Shown here one piece after another: positions 13,225 to 27,550 of a stretch of 64,000 nucleotides of DNA (position 1 is its first letter; each line of letters opens with the position of its first letter). Made by a program: the position numbers and the translations under genes. The stretch lies in the NCBI RefSeq assembly GCF_018977255.1, contig NW_024704742.1, positions 28,336,001 through 28,400,000 on the forward strand. Reading direction: 5' to 3'. Below the pieces are notes generated by a model, which was not told where the DNA came from, made no database searches, and saw nothing but the letters and a program-made list of their open reading frames with translations. Origin of the DNA: Callorhinchus milii. Its lineage: Eukaryota.

Positions 13225-14171
13225 CTGTACCCTAAGGCTCTATCCTTGGCCCCTTTCTTTTCCTTATTTACAAGCTTCTTCTCAGCAATGTCATCCACTA
13301 CCAGGTCCACTGATGTTCTGTTAGCTTGTTTGTCAGATAGCAAGGCCTGGATGAGTGCAATCTTCCATGCAGTTGAACGTCGACAAGACAAATCTATTCT
13401 CCTTGGCTCCCATCAGCTTCTTCTCTTCTGCGCCTCTGATCTCCTCAACCTCCCTATGAATTTCTGAACCTGTGTCTATCCTAAACATCAGGTTTGATCC
13501 TTAGCTGTCCTTCTTACCCCACATCCGGTAACTAACTAGGACCTCCATCACATTGCCTGCCTTTGACCATACCTCACACCCAACACAGCCAAAACCCTCA
13601 TCCACGCTTTTGTCACCTACCATCTTAACTATTCCAATGCCTTCCTTGCCAGTCTCCCCAGCTCCACTATCCACAAAATCCAATTAATTGAAAACGCCAA
13701 TGCTTGTATACTCACCAGATCTAAATTCTGTATTCCATCACTCCAGTCCTTGGCAGGTTCCACTGGCTCCATATCACAAAATGGATTGGCTTCAAAATCA
13801 TCACAGTCGTGTACAAATCTCTTCATGCCCTGTCACCTTCCTACCTCTTCGACCTGTTTACTCCCCATTCCACCACCCGCCGCTTCCGCTCAGCTGGCTC
13901 CCGCCTCTTGTTTGTCCCTTCTTTCCTCTGCTCCAGCATCAGCGGCCATGCTTTCAGCCACTACTGCCCCAAACTTTTGAACTCTTTGACTCAATATCTC
14001 CACCTTGACCCCACCTTCTACATTTTCAGATCACACCTAAAGACCTTCCTCTTCGACTGTGCTTACGGTCACCATCCCCCAGCTCGGTGTTTCAGGTTCT
14101 GCCACTGTTAAGCACTCCGAGACACTACTCTGCATGAATGCGGGATATAAATGCAAGTTGTTGTTGTTGTT
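13225..14171 (+). mobile_element. L2 LINE, 5'-truncated, decayed RT C-terminal half
   Basis: ggctctatccttggcccc (GSILGP), LIHAFVT-like segment, AFSHYCPKLLNSL...LKTFLFDCAYG, tail ataaatgcaag(ttg)n. Confidence 0.88.
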
Positions 14172-14436
14172 ATGCGCAGCCATTCAATAACAAAAGGCCT
14201 TGCTCACATTTTTTGTCTTAAAAAAATCAGAACTTTATTTGTTATAATAATAATCCTTGCCTTTCATATAGCCAATTACTAGCTCTAATTACAATTTTAA
14301 CAGTGCTACAATATTTTCTATTTTGTTACATAAAGCACTGAAACTGTGGAATTTCTTACATTATGAGAAAAGAAACAAGTTGCTTAACTCTTAAAACTGT
14401 TAGTAACTCACTTGATATACAAATGAAACATTATTT

Positions 14437-14900
14437 GTGGAGTCCTATAGCTCAGTGGTTAGAGCACTCGCCTCACAAGTGAGAGACCTGGGTTCTATTC
14501 CCAGTAGGGTGAATTGTTGGGCAAGTTTCCTTACTCCACACCCTCTGTTTACCTGGCAGTAACTAGGAACCTAATTGTTAGTCAATTGGTGGATCACTTT
14601 TAATAATAATAATAATTATCAGGCATATGGAGTAAAGAAACTTGCCCAAGGTTTCGCCCTGCCGGGAATCGAACCCAGGTCTCACTTTTCTGGGGATAAT
14701 AATCCCTTAAGAAATAAACAATAATAATTTGGTCACTCAATCCACGACTGTTTGTGGGGCACTGAACAGTGCACAATTGGCTGCCGCATTTCGCCCACAA
14801 ATATACAGTCAATTCACTTTACAGTATATTCTGTGAAGTGCTTTGAGATGTCTAGAAGACATGAAACATATATATCAAATGCAAGGATTATTATTATTAT
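14437..14900 (+). mobile_element. tRNA-derived SINE, long subfamily, with an 80-bp antisense insert (14602-14681)
   Basis: Head gtggagtcctatagctcagtggttagagc to (att)n tail; insert flanked by tcactttt on both sides. Confidence 0.9.
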
Positions 14901-16071
14901 GCCTTTGGGGAGGGAGTTCTCAAGTGTGGGGGCATGGTGACTGAATGCTCAGCCGCCAATGGTGGGATGGAGTGGGTATATGCACTTTGTGATGTGGAAT
15001 AGATTTGACTAGGTGTACTGCCAGCAGAAACTAAGATACTCATTAATTAATGAGGATTAACTGGGTCAATCTGATTGTTAAGGTATTTAATATTCATTAC
15101 TACGTATTCTATGAGATAGCTTCAGTTAACAAAGCACCAAATGACCATGAGAAAATACAGTGGATATCATGTTAATCAGTCAAAGCTATCCGTGGTTAGC
15201 ATGACAGGTTGTAGCACCTGCTCTTTACTATCAAACTTTTCATCCCATGCTTATACTGACATATTATTTTAATAAGACCAGAATTGAAACAATTGCTAGG
15301 ATTAGTATCTTACACTGTACAGCTGCTGTCTTTAGCTTTTATAACCTGTTTTCAAAAAAATAACAAGACCTTGCTCAGCAAACACAAGGTTTAACATGGG
15401 ATTGTCAAAGTGACGTCTTTGAAACTAATGTAAATACGACATTTTTCATGCATTAGTAGGCAGGTACGAAGATCAGCTGCTGAATCTTTGCACCAGTTGT
15501 GGTGAAGTGCTTAAATGAATAATTGTGTCTGCTACTTAACCACTGGAAAAAATAACCTGACTGTATACTAGAACTGTGCTCATAATGCATTATTAGAAAA
15601 TGAGACTGGCACCCATTGATTTTCTTTGGTGAGTGTGTGAGTGAAGTATTATGAGGAAAAATCTGTTGCCAAGACTAAATTGTCACTCAGCATATGCTAT
15701 CAGATGGCCATTGACTTCAATTAGACTACAGATGGTCATCAGGCAGCTATTATTTCACAACCTGCAGTACGAATCTGATTAAGGTACCAAAGTGATTCAT
15801 TTCACTGGTCAAGGAAATTCTTCTGTCTTCGCTGTCTGCTACTTGGATTAGTAGAAAATTAGTCTATGGATCAATATGCATTGACCTGATGATATATTGT
15901 GTTCATCCAGATTCTATCTTATTATCACCAGATTGATAAACTTGCAGCAAATTGTATTTTAATGATTGCACATCAACAACTTGCACTAATATAGCACTTT
16001 CCATGCAGAGTAGCATCACAGGGCGCTTATAAGACGTGATTATAAGACGTAACCGTCATTGTCTTTTCATT

Positions 16072-16302
16072 TTGGAGGAACTACTTCACAAAGAGGGTGA
16101 TGAGAACTTGCTGCCTGAAGCAGTGGTTTAATCAGACAGTATAGATACATTTAAGAGGAAGCTAGATATACAACATGAGGGAGGAGGAAACATAAGGGTA
16201 TGAGAGGGAGTAAGGAGTGAGCGGGTGACTCATGTGGTGTATAAATACCAGCACAGACTGGTTGAGCTGAACAGCCTGTTTGCATGTTGCATGTTCTTTG
16301 TA
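16072..16302 (+). mobile_element. CR1 3' end
   Basis: ttcacaaagagggtgatgag...catttaagaggaagctagat...accagcacagactggttgagctgaacagcctgttt 3' UTR. Confidence 0.7.
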
Positions 16303-17314
16303 GAGCTGAAGATCTCTCAGTATGGTGGAAGTTGTTTCTTTGAATCATCCTAACACTCCTTCATTGTTCATACTGATTGAACAAATATCTATTGTGAATA
16401 GAAGAGAGGAAGAAACAATAACTGTTGTACCTATTAATGAGCACTTTGGCACATTTTACTGTCAAAGGGGATGGCAAGAGGATGAGATGAGGATTTCACT
16501 GTGAGAAATGTAAGGTAAACCAGTATTGTGTAAGAAATATGGAGGAGAGGTGGCAGCATTATTAGAACTTTGATAATTAAAGTATTGAAGCTTTTCAAGA
16601 TGAGCAGGGAGTAAGTGCTCAGTCTAAAAGAGATTCCCCATGTTAATTTCACATAATAAATAATAATAATCATAATCCTTGCATTTGATGTTGTGCCTTT
16701 TACATTGGAAAGACTTCTCAGTGCCTGGGATGCTACCCTGCATGAGGGATGCTGTATAAATGTAAGTTGTTGTTGTTTTTACCAGGATTGTTAAAGAAAT
16801 TGTATTTGTGGTTTAAGCAAACATCTGACAGGACAATGTTTCACAAACGTGGGTACATATTTTGAAATACTATTTTGACTGAGCCAGAGACCTAATACTC
16901 GTATTAGGTTAGAGACAGTATTTTGGTTACCTTAACACTGGGCTTCTCAATTGTCACCTCAACAGCCAAAGTTGTAACTAATAACGTCAGAGCAGTCAGA
17001 TTTGAATAGTTTAGCATTGAAAGGTGACATAAATCATTATGCCACTGAACAAGGCATTGGATGTTGACATGCATTACTGCTTCATCCAACTAAGCTCTCA
17101 GAGTATCACACTGCTGGTTCACTGTTAAAATCAAAAAAAGTCTACTTCACACAAGTGAATGTTACAAATCTCCTACTTTTTCAACAGCAAAGAAAACTAA
17201 CTGCTTTGACTCGGGGAAATTCACCTTTGTTGCTAAAGTTTCACCAAAGAAATAAATTCACAGTAAGCTTTAAAGATGACAGCACCAAAACAAATCCTGG
17301 AAGAAAGGCACCAA

Positions 17315-18228
17315 CTCCCCATGTCTTCAAATGTCGATACTCCTGGATGAGAGTCAACTTTCTACAATTGAACGACAGCAAGACCCAGGTTCTCCTGATT
17401 GGTTTGCGTGAGCACCTCCGCACCTCAGGCACTGATAGCATCAGCATCCACGGATGCACACTCCATCTCACCAAGCCAGTCAGGAACCTATTTGTCTTGT
17501 TCGACACTCAACTGTCCTGTCTCCACCACATCCATGCCATTATCCACTTTGCCTTCCCCCACTTCTGCAATATTGCCTGATTCTGCCACTGCTTCACTCC
17601 TCAAGGCCGCTGAAACCCTCATACATGCCTTCATTAGATCCAGGCTCGACTATGCCAATGCCCTGCCTGTTGGCCTTCCCAATATTTCCCTCCACAAGCT
17701 GCAGTTCATCCAGAACTCTGCAGCTCGTGTCCTTTCCCGCACCAGGCTCCGTGACCCCATCACACCCACTCTCGCCTGGCTCCACTGGCTCCCCATCCCT
17801 CAGAGGATCGAGTTCAAAATTCTCATCCTCACCTACAAGGCCCTCCATGGATTTGTCCCCTCCTATCTCTGCAATCTGCTATCCCTTTATCAAACAGTCT
17901 GCTCAGCAGTCCCAGGCCTGCTCCATGTCCCCCGCTGGGTCCGCCCAGCATCAACGGTTGGGCCTTCAGTCTCTCTAACCCCATCCTCTGGAACTCCATC
18001 CCACATTCCCTCCACCTTGCTCCCTCCCTTTCCTCCTTCAAGGCACGCCTCAAGACCCTTGTCTTCAACCGTGCCTTCAGCCACCCTCCTACCCTCTCTG
18101 ACCTTCACCCTCTCTGATCCCAACAACCCCCCCGCACCCCCACTTGGGACCTAATCCCTGACTGTTCAACACCTTGGGATATCTTCTCGATGTAAAAGGC
18201 ACTTTAAAAATGTAATTTTGTATGTATA
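17315..18228 (+). mobile_element. L2 LINE, 5'-truncated
   Basis: SWMRVNFLQLNDSKTQVLLIG and AETLIHAFIRSRLDYANAL...LQFIQNSAARVL...LHWLPIPQRIEFKILILTYKALHG, frameshifted; L2 tail. Confidence 0.92.
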
Positions 18229-18887
18229 ATGTTTCTATCGTGTTGTACAAAGCTTCAGATGTTAATAATAATAATAATCCTTGCATTTGATATTGCGCCT
18301 TATGACGTCAATTTACTTTAAAGAGCTATTCAGACGGATAAATTCAGACTGCAGCAGCCCTGAGGAATTAATTAATTTTAATGATATGTTGGTGATAAAA
18401 GAGGCTTAGAAATGTGTCATCAGTGTTGTCTGGAAAGTCGGGGGCTAGTTGGGGAGTTGTGCGTATTTAAAAAAAAATCTTTAAACCAACAAAGAACTGT
18501 CCACAAGGGTGCAGGGATGTAAAAGTGAAGTTGTAAAAAAAAATTGTCAAATTATCACACAGGTTCAATGAAGAAGTATCTTACAACATTGTTTATGAAA
18601 AGATACTGGCTTGCAATTCTAAAGCTGAGTCCACAAGGTGACTTAAAATATGATGTTTCCTTCCTTACCTTCTTGATTTAAATTTCTATAGTCTCTGCAG
18701 AGACACAACAGACAGCACTTACAGTTATGTGCCTAATGCCTTTCGTGTAGGAAAACATCTCAATATGCTGACATAATGGCATGAGAGACCAAGATGGTGT
18801 GGTAGATGACCAAAGACACATCTGGCTTTTTCTACGGGTTTTGAATGCAAAGATGATGGTTTGAGATGGAGGAATTTGGGAAGAAAG

Positions 18888-19090
18888 TAATGATCCTTAC
18901 ATTTGGTATAGCACCTTTCACATCTGAATGACGTCCCAATGTGCCTCACAGGATATACTGTAAAGGGGAGTGGTTTGTGGGCAAATGCGGCACCAAATTT
19001 GTGCACAGAAATGTCCCGTAAACAGTCTTGAAGTGAATGACCAATTTAATTTGGTGGATTGTTGGCTAGCACACCAGGAGAATCTCCCTA
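18888..19090 (-). mobile_element. Deu-SINE 3' half
   Basis: gatccttacatttggtatagcacc...gtgggcaaatgcggcaccaaatttgtgcacag. Confidence 0.7.
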
Positions 19091-22000
19091 TACAAAATAA
19101 GTGAGGTTGCCAAAGTAATTTGAACTGACCAAGAAATTCCACAATAATATTTGAAGATACACAAAGGCACACTGGGCACAGGTTCAGGGTTTTGAATGGG
19201 AGTTCTATGACAGATTCTCTAGGAAGAGAACTAACAGCTTGAATAGATTATCGGGATGGGTGGTAGAGATCAGGATACTGAATTCATTAAAAAAAAGGCA
19301 TTGGTGATGTGGATTTGCAAAATTGGTATTTTGGAAACACAAAATTAAATTGGATAAAGCGGACTTCTTTATCAGAACCTCTTTTATGACTTTATGAGCT
19401 GAGAATTGTTTGTACAAAAAAAACTCAAAAGTTTGGAGCATTATGCATTGGAGCATGAGACCAGATTGAGATAATGTTACAAAATGTTTTACATCTGACA
19501 AATTATTGAGGTTTCGAAAAGATTTTTTTCAAGCAACATCTTTGGATAGAATTTTCTCTCAGCTCATAAAAAAAATTGAGGTATGCTCAGGGCTAAATTA
19601 TTATACATCATCAGGACAATAATTGAAAATTATTTCATTAATGCTAAAAAAAGCAGTTATGTGAAATGAAAGATTGAATCTCTTGCCCATTTATTTGTGT
19701 TAATAAGGTTTAAGAGTTGTGTAATTTGAGTTGCATTTAAAGAATCTTTTTTTAATAACTGCAAAATAATGATAATTGAATTCTATCTGGTGCTTTTCAC
19801 ATGCAATGTAGAGTGAGTGAATTTGTGCATTGTAGGTGAACTCAGCAGCCAATTTGTGCACAGCATTGTTCCACACACAGCTATGAAGTGAAAATATTAA
19901 CTATAAAAGACCTGTTACACAAATATGACAACAGTTCACTAAATATTCCCTGTGTCTCTTCTTCACAGGGCAGAAACTATTTGTGATGTTTTGTGTAAGG
20001 AGAGATTGGGATTTGTAACAATGTAATAAAATAGATTCCAGAAGGATTTACAACTAGCAAATAAGAGAGATTATTTTTTCAAAGCACATTTGAATTTCAG
20101 ACATATTTTAGACAATCCTCCCAACAAAATGATTTAGTTGTTTTTGATGTTCCCAGCTTTGGCATGCTAGATCCGATGCTGTAGATGTTGTAAGTGGCAG
20201 GACTATTTAGCAGTTCTTTTCTGAAGCAAGCTTAAATTCCTCCTTACCTCAGGTAGCAGTCTATCTTGTGCAGCAGTTAGAATATCGACTGTATCTGGCA
20301 CTGAATGTGGCAACTGATCAGCTGAAACTGTGAGACCCACAAGCTGGTTAATTATCTGATAGAGTGCTGGTACATTGGTACATGGATAAAGAGTATCTAG
20401 ATAGAGTTCAAACGGGAAAGACAAAGCGATAACAGCGATACCCATCGCCACTGATCGGCAGTCAGCTTTCTATGCAAATGCTATTTGATGTGAGAGGGTG
20501 GCAAGATGCAAAGATTAGGTGTTGCTGTGGCTCAGTTGGTAGCACTTTTGCCTCTGGATGGGGACCCTTTTTTTGTCATCACACATGAATACCTATAATA
20601 CCAATGGTCTTGGCGCTTACACAAGTATTCAAGTCACCTTTGATCCAAAGCCCTATCGTTCATTATATCAGTGGGCAGAAGTGTAGCAAACCCTCCAGTC
20701 CTGCTTGATTTTGCACTGGTTTCTAAACTTCAGAAAAAAATGCCAGACAGTGTCATTGAAGTTGCCATTGAAGTTGTCAACTCTTTTATTCTGTCTTAAA
20801 ATTGCCCATCAAAATTTAGGACAGGGGGTTGTTAAATTTGCTGATAATAATACAGTGGATTGTATAATAAATGCTCCGAACTTCCAATGTCTAGAAAAGG
20901 AGAGTGTGTTTTGGATTACAGTCTGTCATGTAGATTTTAAGACGAACATTTCAGTGTATGGACTCATGTAAGCAAGCAGTTATACTGACCCATTGTGCTG
21001 TCAAAGTGTCTGAGGTCAAAACGCTGGTCTTGTTTAAGAAAATGCTTGATGTTAAATTGTCGATGTTGATGTCCTTGCTGTTGAAGGACAAGATCAAATT
21101 TGCTCTTCTCTATCCAAGGCTTTATCATCATGTCCCTCCAGGGCAGAGAGCAGATGTGTGTGTTTGTGTATTCAGTGTGTTTGTATTTAAAGAGAGAAGT
21201 CAAAGAATCTTGGAACAGTGCAAAATTTGCTTGAATTTTAAAACAAAGGTTGGACTGTGGTGTGTTGTATCTGTTCTTAATCAATGTAGATTAATTGGCA
21301 ACATGTAGCTGAGGGGAGTTGTGTGTTTTGGATTTCAGTCGCTGTCTGTCCTGTAGATTTTAACATTAACATTTCAGGCAAAAGGGAAACAGAGACAGAC
21401 GACCTTTGAACAATTGACTGGTGAATGTTTTCTAAAGTGAGGGAATTGTGGCAAGTTGCCCTGAAATCTATCTCTTAGAAAAGCATGAGGTTTATAAATA
21501 ACAGTCATCTTTGTTGGAGGTATCTAAGCCCCCGCCGAAACTGATTTGTTTTAACTGCAAATTGAACATTGAATCACTGAGTTTAGAAACATAGGAAAAT
21601 GAGAACAAAAGGAAGTCAGTCAGCCCATCGAGTCTGTTACACCAGCTTATTTCATTTTGAAGGATATTTTAATCTCAAAACCTGCCCTATCCCATTCCTT
21701 TTAATAGGTCTATCTATCCATTTTTATGGTCAGCTGGTATTTGACAAACCATCTGCTCGTGGAAATTCTTGAGTTTGGAATGGAATGGACACCCTCTCCC
21801 CGGAGGGATACATTCTGCTTACAGCATCCTGCTTAATATTAGGTCCAGGTTGGCCAGAGCCAAGGGTTGGGGATTCCAGAGTGTACGTTGGGGTATTGCT
21901 GGTGTTTAACCAGATAAAATTGCATAGGTATGATATTGGAAGTACTGTCTATTAAGCATCCTGTCTGCTTAGCCAGCTAAGACAATCCTATCCTACAGGA

Positions 22001-22849
22001 GCCGGGTGAGAAGATTCCCTGCCCCTAGTATCTATCTATTTTTCTTTTAAATATATTTTAAGAGTTCAATTGTCATTGCAATATTTGATCACATTTTAAT
22101 CTGAGTGGTATGCCTGTAAGTCATTTAGTTTTGAAATTAAATTCTAAAGATTATAAGGTGATCAATGATCTTTGAGGGGCAGTAGCTGGTGTCACTGTCT
22201 TATGCCTGGAGCAAGAGACTGTGAATTGAGAATGCATGATTCAGATTGGCGAACTATAATTGCTGACATGTTAAGAGTGGCAGCTCAACAACCAAGGACT
22301 GAACTTTTGAAGATTAAAAAACTGACCGCTGCCACTACAGGGAAAAAAATCGTTCAATTGACCAGGGAGATGAAATGAGAAGCAAGCAAGAACCAGACTG
22401 ATCAGAAAACACTGAAGTCTGAAGCATGAAATGATTGGCAAAGCCTCTAAACAGAGACTACATGCAGCAGAAAGGCAGCCAGAAAAAGGAGCAGGAGAGA
22501 GGATGTGAACATGAGGTATTGGAATCTGAACAAAGAAAGGCTTAACATCTGTGGCAGAATAAGTGAGGGGGGAGTTGCGGCCCACATAAGAGATTCCTCA
22601 GAAGAAGTTGAGTTACATTGGTCACACTAACTTCTCAGCAGTAATCCAGAGCCCAGCGGATATCACAGTCCAGGCATATTTAGTAAGAGCTGTGAGAGTC
22701 AGAAAGAAATATCACGGAAATTGATCTTTCCACTGGCAATGGCAGTCTTTACACCAGGAACTTATTGGTTGATCCACAGTCAAGTAGTACTGACATTGTG
22801 AAATAACCATGGGAAAACTGACCTATAGTACGTGGTTTTGTTCTTTCTG

Positions 22850-23630
22850 TACTGGTTAAGATGAGGTCAGGTGATCTAACTAGAAATATGTCCTCCCTGC
22901 CATGGTAACTTGGAGTATGATCTGGAGCCATGGCCTCAATGGCCATGACCCTGGTAACGCAAAGTTGAACAGTTTGTACTCTATTTTATGTGCTGGTAGC
23001 ATTACTATTGTGGGAGGTCAAAGAAAATGTCTATGGGTTGATGTTCAAAGCAGTATCTTCTTCACATTGCAAAGCCAAAAATGCTGGGTTCTCAATTCTT
23101 ACAGCCCTCTCACAGTTTACAGGTCTACAATAAATAGGTCAGCCAATAACTGTGAGAACCACCTCCAATGAGGCACTCACTTTGCTTGGTTTCAAGCCTG
23201 GTTGCATTGATAGATTCGACTATGATCACTGTTCTTCAGAACCGCAACAATGGAATACCAGCCAAACTCAAAGAAACTCAATTAAAAAATCTTACCAGTG
23301 CAAATTTACTACCATGGTTGACCAGGCAGGCAGTTTTTCAATATGTTCCAACTTGTGCGTACAAGAAACAGGGTTCAGTGTATTGATGGTGTTGGGGCAG
23401 AAATTCTACAGGCAGAGGAAATGTGTGGCATGTTGGTATTGATATCTGTGGAGACTTTGGATTTGTTGGATTTGTTGAAGGTATTCAGGTGTGTTTGTAG
23501 CAGCTTTTGTATCTGTCTCTTAATATGAATGTCTGGCTAAAGTGCTAACAATTTGTGGTTTTACTCTGGTCATAATCTTGTAACAGACTGGCAGCCTAAC
23601 CCTATCGCTACAATGTCTTATGATGAGTAG
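22850..23630 (+). mobile_element. Probable highly decayed PIF/Harbinger transposase relic
   Basis: Collinear motif remnants across frames: VALLLWEV (22996), GFKPGCIDRFDYDH (23188), KKSY...MVDQAGSF (23314), AAYP..LQCLM-like (~23591). These resemble VAIALWKL, GFPGCIGAIDGTH, RKGY...LVDHRGRF and DxAYPLLPWLM. Confidence 0.45.
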
Positions 23631-25303
23631 ATAATTCTTATTAAATCCACTGCCCTGCATGGCTTCAGACTGCACTGAGTCCAAGAACAAGAGATAGGTT
23701 TCTCTGCAGCTTGCCAAGCAACCTGAAGTATTTCATCACTCACCTCAGATAGACTTTGATGCCAATAGTGATGAGGAGCATGAGCTTTCTTAATAATATA
23801 AACAATGCAAGCAAAGTATGGAACACCGAAAAGGCCTTTGGTTCCATCATTGCAGCTCCTTTCACAGGCTATTTGGTTCCATTCTTACCAGTGGTTTCAA
23901 ACTCAGAATGAACTCCCCGATTCCTGAAAGTTACCAAACAAATGGAGTAAAGTATTCATCCATCACTTTGTCTGCAATGTTCAGTGCTGGCCTGTACCCC
24001 TCCACAGCACAGCAATCTTCCTCCCAGACTCAACTTATTTTCTATAACACCCAATGTTATTTCCCCAGCAGATATGATTCATGTTATTTTTATCGAGAGT
24101 TAAGGTCCAGCACTATGGCAAGAACAGCAGAGCAGTCACATAGCCTATGATGATAAGCCAACTATAACTTGCCTGCAGGACACTTTCCCTTCCTTCCTAC
24201 TTTAGCAAGAATCTGTAAGAATCTCCTAAAAATCACCACTACATTAATGCTAGTGTTAACAGAGTCAGAGGCTCACCCCAACAATTATTAAAATATTTTA
24301 CTGGAATTTGACAATTATTTATTGACTTTGACAGAGTTCATGTGAAGTCAATGGCAGTAGACAGCAATTCTTTACATATTTCCTAGACTTTGACAAACTA
24401 TGACAGGCATGTTTCTTATGGCTGTAATTAAAGGTTATGGGTAGCAAAGTGAAGTCTATTAGTGTGTTTTATTGGAGGGAAGAAGAAGAATCAACATTGT
24501 TGGAAATAATTTAGGTTTCAAAGAAATATCTCTGAGATAAATAACATGGTTGACATAAAATGATAAACCCCCAAAATGGGTAATAATACTGTCCAGTTTT
24601 GAGTTGTTCTGTACATGCAAATCATTAAGTTGCACAAGCTTCTTACCAGTTTTGCCTGCATACAAACCACCTAAACAGCACCAACAATGTAGAAAAGGTA
24701 ACAAGCTGTTGACCTGAAGTTCTACACAGTCTTAGAGAAATTAATTTTTTCTGATAAATTTATGATTGCACAAAATAGTGCAAAATTCTTTATTTCTGTA
24801 GTTTTTTAAGAGTACTTAAAACCAGATTGACGAACCCTTGACAGTTCTCCTGATCTTCAAGTTGAAGATAAAATATTTTTACATGCGGAAACTAGATGGA
24901 ATTTCAGGCCTTGATGTGATGGGGGTGAAAGTGAGCGTAGTTTTAAGAAATATTTCCGCATGGCAGTAATTATCACCTCGTATTTTTCTTTCCTCAGAAC
25001 CAAAGTTTGACAAATGCCCCAATTTTCTGGTTGTATGAAGCATGTGCCTTTGTAAGTCTCATTCCCAAATCAACAACCACTGGTCCTTTAAAGAGCTAGC
25101 TGTAGGCAAGAGCATGCACATTAGGAGTGGGAATAGGGTCACAGCACAGTTCACTTACCCTTAAAGAGAAGCTGTGTTTGCAGTTCAGGTGCAGGATATA
25201 TGTAAATAAAACTCATTCAGATTGGGAATTAAATGTTTGATGAATTATTGCACCATTATGCCTAATGCTTTTTTATCGGTAGTGTTCTTATTAGTTTCTT
25301 TAA

Positions 25304-25498
<195 letters not shown>

Positions 25499-26231
25499 TG
25501 AGATTTCTTTCCCATATTGAATTCAGTGGGATATAGGAATAGTGATATGAGCAAATAAGCCACGGGACTTAATGAAATGATGCTTCGATTTTATGAAGAG
25601 TCTGTCGGTGCTTGGGAAGTAATTCCAAAAACTGTGTTTTTCTGCTCTGCTCTTTTATATCCTCACAATAACATTTAATTTTTAGTGCCTTTTAAAAAAA
25701 AAATGGTACCTGTGTGGAAGTCAGGTTTGAAAGTGGTTGACTTTATAATAGCAATTATGTTGAGCATTGCTCAATGGGTACAGATGTGTATCTGAATACT
25801 CTCAATTAAGTTTTAGCTGGTCAAATTCTAGCAGTACCCCGCTAGGGTCACCAAGCCTTGGTGGCTGTCAATCTGTTCCTGTGCATATTCCATTCCAGAC
25901 ACAGGGAAATTTCCATGAGTAAGTGACATATATTTGTTGTTTGGAAACTCTTAAGCAGAATGATAGGTTTCCACATGCCAGTCACCCAGCTGATCAAAAA
26001 AATGTTTTGAACTAATATCATGTCATGATTTGTGATTGGTGTGATGATTACTATTAACATACCAAGGATGTCTAACCTTAATGATTGCTTAATACCATTG
26101 CCCGATTCCTAGTACAGACACTTTACTTATAATGCAGTGACTGATCCCTGTCAACTTCCCAGAATTTTAAAATGCCAAGAACAATCATATCGTGCATAGT
26201 GATAATGCTGAAATTACAATGACTATATATT

Positions 26232-26397
26232 ACAACAACAAAATTACATTTGCATAGCTCCTTTCACATTGGGAGGACGTCCCAAGGCGCCAGACAGTCA
26301 GTGTTTTGTACCCGAGCTGGGGGTCGGGATTGGGGAGGGAGGATTCGGCAGGAGGGAAGGAGGGTGATCAAAGGCATGGTCGAAGAGGAGGGTCTTC
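26232..26397 (-). mobile_element. L2 3' terminal fragment
   Basis: rc aagaccctcctcttcgaccatgcctttg...gggacgtcctcccaatgtgaaaggagctatgcaaatgtaattttgttgttgt. Confidence 0.82.
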
Positions 26398-27139
26398 CAG
26401 AATGCACAAAGATAAAATTATGAGTTCTCTAGTTTGAACTGGGGATTCTTAAGCACAACAAGGGTTTCCAAGTGTCAGTCCCCCAGCTGATCAGAATGAG
26501 ATGTTTTTGAAGGTTAGGATTCAAATCCATGTCAGTTATATGAAAGTTCAGCCCTCACAACTCAAACTACTTTGTTAACAAACTCACTTAAGCTGACTGT
26601 TCCAAACAACTAATCAAATATTGGACCCTTTTTACAAATAACAGGCTAGAAACCATAAAACCATGTGTGCTGTGAGTCCCCTAAGTACTTGCACAATGCC
26701 GTCATACCATTTATTATAAAATTAATGTAGCAAAGCCAATATCATTGTTTTTGCATTACCCGAGCAAAATATATAATATATCACACATAGGTGATTTGTA
26801 ATGAAATTAATGTATTTTCCAAAGAGTTTTTCAAATGATCATTCATAAGAAACATTCAGACATTTTCCAAAGCACTTGAGTAGTCAATACCTTATGGATT
26901 CAAAGACTCACTGGTGCTTGTTCAGAAAACAACCACAGTAGCTCTGTATATCCCCATCATGCCCATCAACCTCTGGAGGGATTCTGATTTCAAAGTAATT
27001 TGATAGCGAAAATCCACTCTCTTGGGAATACACCAAGGACGAGTTGCGCTCTACTAAAAAAATGCTTCATTTCGAAGCTATAAAGCACCACAAGAGAGGT
27101 TAGAATGAAGAAGAACTTTATGAGCTTATCCTTCAAGAA

Positions 27140-27550
27140 AATCCACCCTTCAAATTTCCTATTGCAGCATAAAACAGTCCAACATTCAGCCTCCACCATC
27201 CTTCCTGGTAATCTGTTCCACACTCTTTGTGCCAAGAAATAAGGCCTGATTTCTGTCCTAAACTGCCCTTTGCATTACTGAAACTACAGTACATTCACTT
27301 GTCCTGTTGCTTTGAGGTATGTGAAAGTATTGTTTGAGTTTCTTCCTCAATATCATTTATCATCTACTCCAAAGATCCCCTCTAAAATGCTTCTTTTAAA
27401 GACTGAAGAGCCTGAATTTATGTAATTGTCCTTCTAACACTTCTAACACATCCTCATTGTTCTCTTTTGCACTACCTACTGGGCCCTAAAAGTACACTTA
27501 TGTTGTTGCAACTAGAACTGTACAGACCAATTTGTGTTTCCTAACCAGAG
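27140..27550 (-). mobile_element. Old CR1 fragment
   Basis: Minus ORF AQRVWNRLPGRMVEAE resembles CR1 ORF2 C-terminus. Confidence 0.6.

Noticed and set aside
17399..18154. 251-aa ORF as a host gene
   Set aside because: Frameshifted L2 ORF2 remnant.
20639..20650. FDPK as part of the preceding DIAPH exon
   Set aside because: Flanking translation does not resemble YFxFDPKKxSVEEFF.
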